Part shown: positions 61,885 to 64,000 of the stretch, one piece after another
Layout: every line of letters begins with the position of its first letter
Position numbering within the stretch: position 1 is the stretch's first letter
Assembly: GCA_937969345.1 (NCBI GenBank)
Contig: CALBVK010000246.1
Coordinates: 463-64,462 of the forward strand
DNA length: 64,000 nt
Direction of reading: 5' to 3'
Source: an uncultured Acidimicrobiales bacterium
GTDB lineage: Bacteria > Actinomycetota > Acidimicrobiia > Acidimicrobiales > SHLQ01
Notes under the pieces: generated by a model
Seen by the model: the letters and a program-made list of their open reading frames with translations, nothing else
Database searches by the model: none
What the model was told of the DNA's origin: nothing
Made by a program: the position numbers and the translations under genes

Positions 61885-61950
61885 TGCAAGCCTTTCGAGT
61901 GAATTCTTTCTTTACGCAGGCTTTTCGCCCCGTGCCGTACAACGAAGCCC

Positions 61951-62763
61951 ATGACGGACAACGTGATCGACTTTCGCGCCTGGGCCGAGGCCCGCTCCCG
62001 GCGCCGCCACCCATCGACCTACACCCCCGATGCTCCACCGTCTCGAATCGACGATCACTCCCCTGCCTCGCTCTGGCGCGCCGACTTCGCGGTCCACGCT
62101 GGGCAACACGCTGACGTCTCAACATCGGGCATGTGGGTCCTGGCTCCGGCGATCGAACGGGCCCTGCAAACATCGTTACCCGTATTCCAGGTTGGAGAGA
62201 TCGGCACGGGTCAGCATCTCCTCGACAGTGCGTGCGGAGTCGTCGGCGAAGATCACCTCCAAGCCCTTCGATCGTTCGTAATCGAGAACCAGGAACATGC
62301 GCGCATCTTGGCGTTGGTGTGCGCTGCACTCGATATCGAGATGCTCGACGATCACTGGACCGAGCGGCTCTTTCGGCGCGGCCGATATCTGCGAGGCTTC
62401 CGAGTCGAGATGTTGATGATCGTTATCGCACAGCTCATCACCGCACAGGTGTACGAGGTACTCGCCCATGGCGTTGGAGATCCAACGTTGTCACGGATCT
62501 TCGCCCGGCTCCACGCCGACGAACTCCGTCACCTCGAATTCCACGCTGCGACGCTCCCCGAGCACATCGAATCCCTGCCGCGCTCGGCACGTAACGCGGT
62601 ACCCCCGCTATGGCACATCGCAGCCGCAGCCGCACTCGTCTCGGTTACCTGGGAACATCGTCGACTACTGCGAGCAAACGCCTGCCCGGCTCACTTCTTC
62701 CTCACCGACACCTGGCGGACGATCCGGGCACAAGGTAAGCGCTTCTTTCGGAGCGAGGACTAG
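61951..62763 (+). CDS. Ferritin-like di-iron carboxylate-type protein (hypothetical)
   Basis: The spacing of putative ligands E...ExxH...E...ExxH is FQVGEIG, ENQEHARIL, AQVYEVL, ADELRHLEFH. No family named with confidence. Confidence 0.5.
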   Translation: MTDNVIDFRAWAEARSRRRHPSTYTPDAPPSRIDDHSPASLWRADFAVHAGQHADVSTSGMWVLAPAIERALQTSLPVFQVGEIGTGQHLLDSACGVVGEDHLQALRSFVIENQEHARILALVCAALDIEMLDDHWTERLFRRGRYLRGFRVEMLMIVIAQLITAQVYEVLAHGVGDPTLSRIFARLHADELRHLEFHAATLPEHIESLPRSARNAVPPLWHIAAAAALVSVTWEHRRLLRANACPAHFFLTDTWRTIRAQGKRFFRSED

Positions 62764-62766
62764 CCC

Positions 62767-63615
62767 GTGATCGCTGCGGGCATCAGGGAACCTAAGGACC
62801 CGCTGCGAGCGCTCGACCGGGTATCGATGCCCGAGCTCGTCCGGGAGTTTGTCGCATTCGGAATCAAAGAGGCGCAATCGTGCGTCTTTGCAGGCTCGTT
62901 CTTTGCGTTGCTATTCATCAGCACACAGTTCGAGGTACCCGGGCTCGCACGTTACGACCTCATCTTGCTCGGCGCCCTCCTCATCCAGGCCGTGTTGCTC
63001 GCAACCGGGGTCGAGAGTCGAGACGAGCTGAAGATGATCATGGCGTTCCACGTCATTGGCTTCGTGCTCGAGTTCTACAAGACGCAACCGGCGATTGGAT
63101 CGTGGTCCTATCCAGAGGACGGACTCACCAAGGTCGGCACGGTGCCGTTGTACAGCGGCTTCATGTACTCCGCCATTGGCTCGTACATGTCCCAGGCCTG
63201 GCGACGTCTCGACCTGCGACTCACCAACTACCCAAACCGGGCCGTCACCCTCGTGTTGTGTATTGCGATCTATGTCAACTTCTTCACGAACGCGTTCTTC
63301 TACGACATCCGTTACTGGTTGATCGCTGCGGTCGTGGTGACCTTTTCTCGATCACGGGTCTATTTCACGCCGATGCATCGAACGTTTTGGATGCCGATCT
63401 GGGTTTCGTTCGGACTCATCGCCGCCTTCGTGTGGGTCGCGGAGAACATCTCGACGTTCTTCGGCGCATGGCAGTATCCAGATCAAGCCCTCGGGTGGAG
63501 TGTGGTCGACGTGTCCAAGCTGGTCTCGTGGTCGCTGCTCGTGATCTTGAGCTTCGTCCTCATCGCCGAGCTCAAGCACGTGAAAGCCGAGCGGACCGAG
63601 AAGGCCGAGACCTAG
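62767..63615 (+). CDS. Polytopic membrane protein, DUF817-like
   Basis: About 8 TM helices. The block KTQPAIGSWSYPEDG ... PLYSGFMYSAIGSY resembles DUF817 as I remember it. GTG 62767 or ATG 62827. Confidence 0.55.
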   Translation: MIAAGIREPKDPLRALDRVSMPELVREFVAFGIKEAQSCVFAGSFFALLFISTQFEVPGLARYDLILLGALLIQAVLLATGVESRDELKMIMAFHVIGFVLEFYKTQPAIGSWSYPEDGLTKVGTVPLYSGFMYSAIGSYMSQAWRRLDLRLTNYPNRAVTLVLCIAIYVNFFTNAFFYDIRYWLIAAVVVTFSRSRVYFTPMHRTFWMPIWVSFGLIAAFVWVAENISTFFGAWQYPDQALGWSVVDVSKLVSWSLLVILSFVLIAELKHVKAERTEKAET

Positions 63616-64000
63616 CCGACGGGCTCGGCCTGGCTGAGCCGGATGCTGTGGCGAAGCTTTAGTGCGTACACAAAGCCGACATACGTCAGCGCCGCGGCGA
63701 ACAACGACGACAGCGTGAAGCCGCGTTCCAGCGCCGGCACGACATCGGGCGAGACGGCAACCGGTTCGTCGCCCAGCAGGTCTCGAACAACGTCAGCCTC
63801 GCCGAGGCGTCGAGCAACAGTGACGAACAGAAGCGCTCCCCCGATGCCGGCGCCGTAGGTGAACCCGAGCGTCCGAACAAATTGGTGAGCAGAGTTCACA
63901 CGGCCCATTTCTGACGGCTTCGCATTGGACTGCAACACCCCGACGCCAGCCGAGGAAACGCCGCCCATGCCCATGCCGATCATCGAGAAACCGAGGAAGA
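63612..64000 (-). CDS. MFS-type transporter, C-terminal part (gene continues beyond the window end)
   Basis: The frame is open to the window edge. Hydrophobic helices and a loop typical of MFS C-terminal halves (GMGMGGVSSAGVGVLQSNAKPSEMGRVNSAHQFVRTLGFTYGAGIGG). Confidence 0.6.
   Translation of the reverse strand, partial: FLGFSMIGMGMGGVSSAGVGVLQSNAKPSEMGRVNSAHQFVRTLGFTYGAGIGGALLFVTVARRLGEADVVRDLLGDEPVAVSPDVVPALERGFTLSSLFAAALTYVGFVYALKLRHSIRLSQAEPVG

Overview
High-GC actinobacterial chromosome segment with core-genome character. I saw no rRNA, CRISPR array, transposase or prophage. All product calls come from motif and family recognition by eye plus gene order; no search was run. Two blocks match gene neighbourhoods I remember from Mycobacterium tuberculosis. 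The first is thrS-HIT-(3 inserted genes)-pgsA-acyltransferase-pimA ... pdxS-pdxT at 1-10.2 kb. The second is LysM gene/lexA, dapE, dapC, hflX, dapF, miaA, miaB, recA at 50.5-61.7 kb. Between them lie mshC, an inhA-type fabI, two CNNM/CBS proteins, tRNA-Val, murF/ddl and a large TPM-domain protein. There is also an acyltransferase_3-SGNH gene and a TetR-associated lipid-type operon (reductase-HAD fusion, LarA-like protein, PlsC-like acyltransferase). Further genes are a large regulator with a C-terminal SARP module, mitochondrial-type aconitase, citrate synthase, a carboxyltransferase, an S8 protease with RTX-like repeats, and nrdJ-tdk. The strongest finding is a TlpA/ResA-type thioredoxin-fold lipoprotein gene (7082..7627, minus). 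Its only interruptions are two in-frame TGA codons, placed exactly at the two Cys positions of the WCxxC motif. An 8-bp hairpin with a GGUC apical loop follows at SECIS-like spacing, so this is a candidate U-x-x-U selenoprotein; the alternative is a very oddly decayed pseudogene. Other items worth a second look:
- a 68-bp noncoding tandem repeat and further repeats around tRNA-Val
- three tandem hairpin units in the recA leader
- a long structured nrdJ leader with cobalamin-riboswitch-like sequence blocks (by eye only)
- multiple SOS boxes
- a perfect 16-bp palindrome in the TetR divergent promoter
- an orphan Flp-like prepilin with a long C-terminal extension
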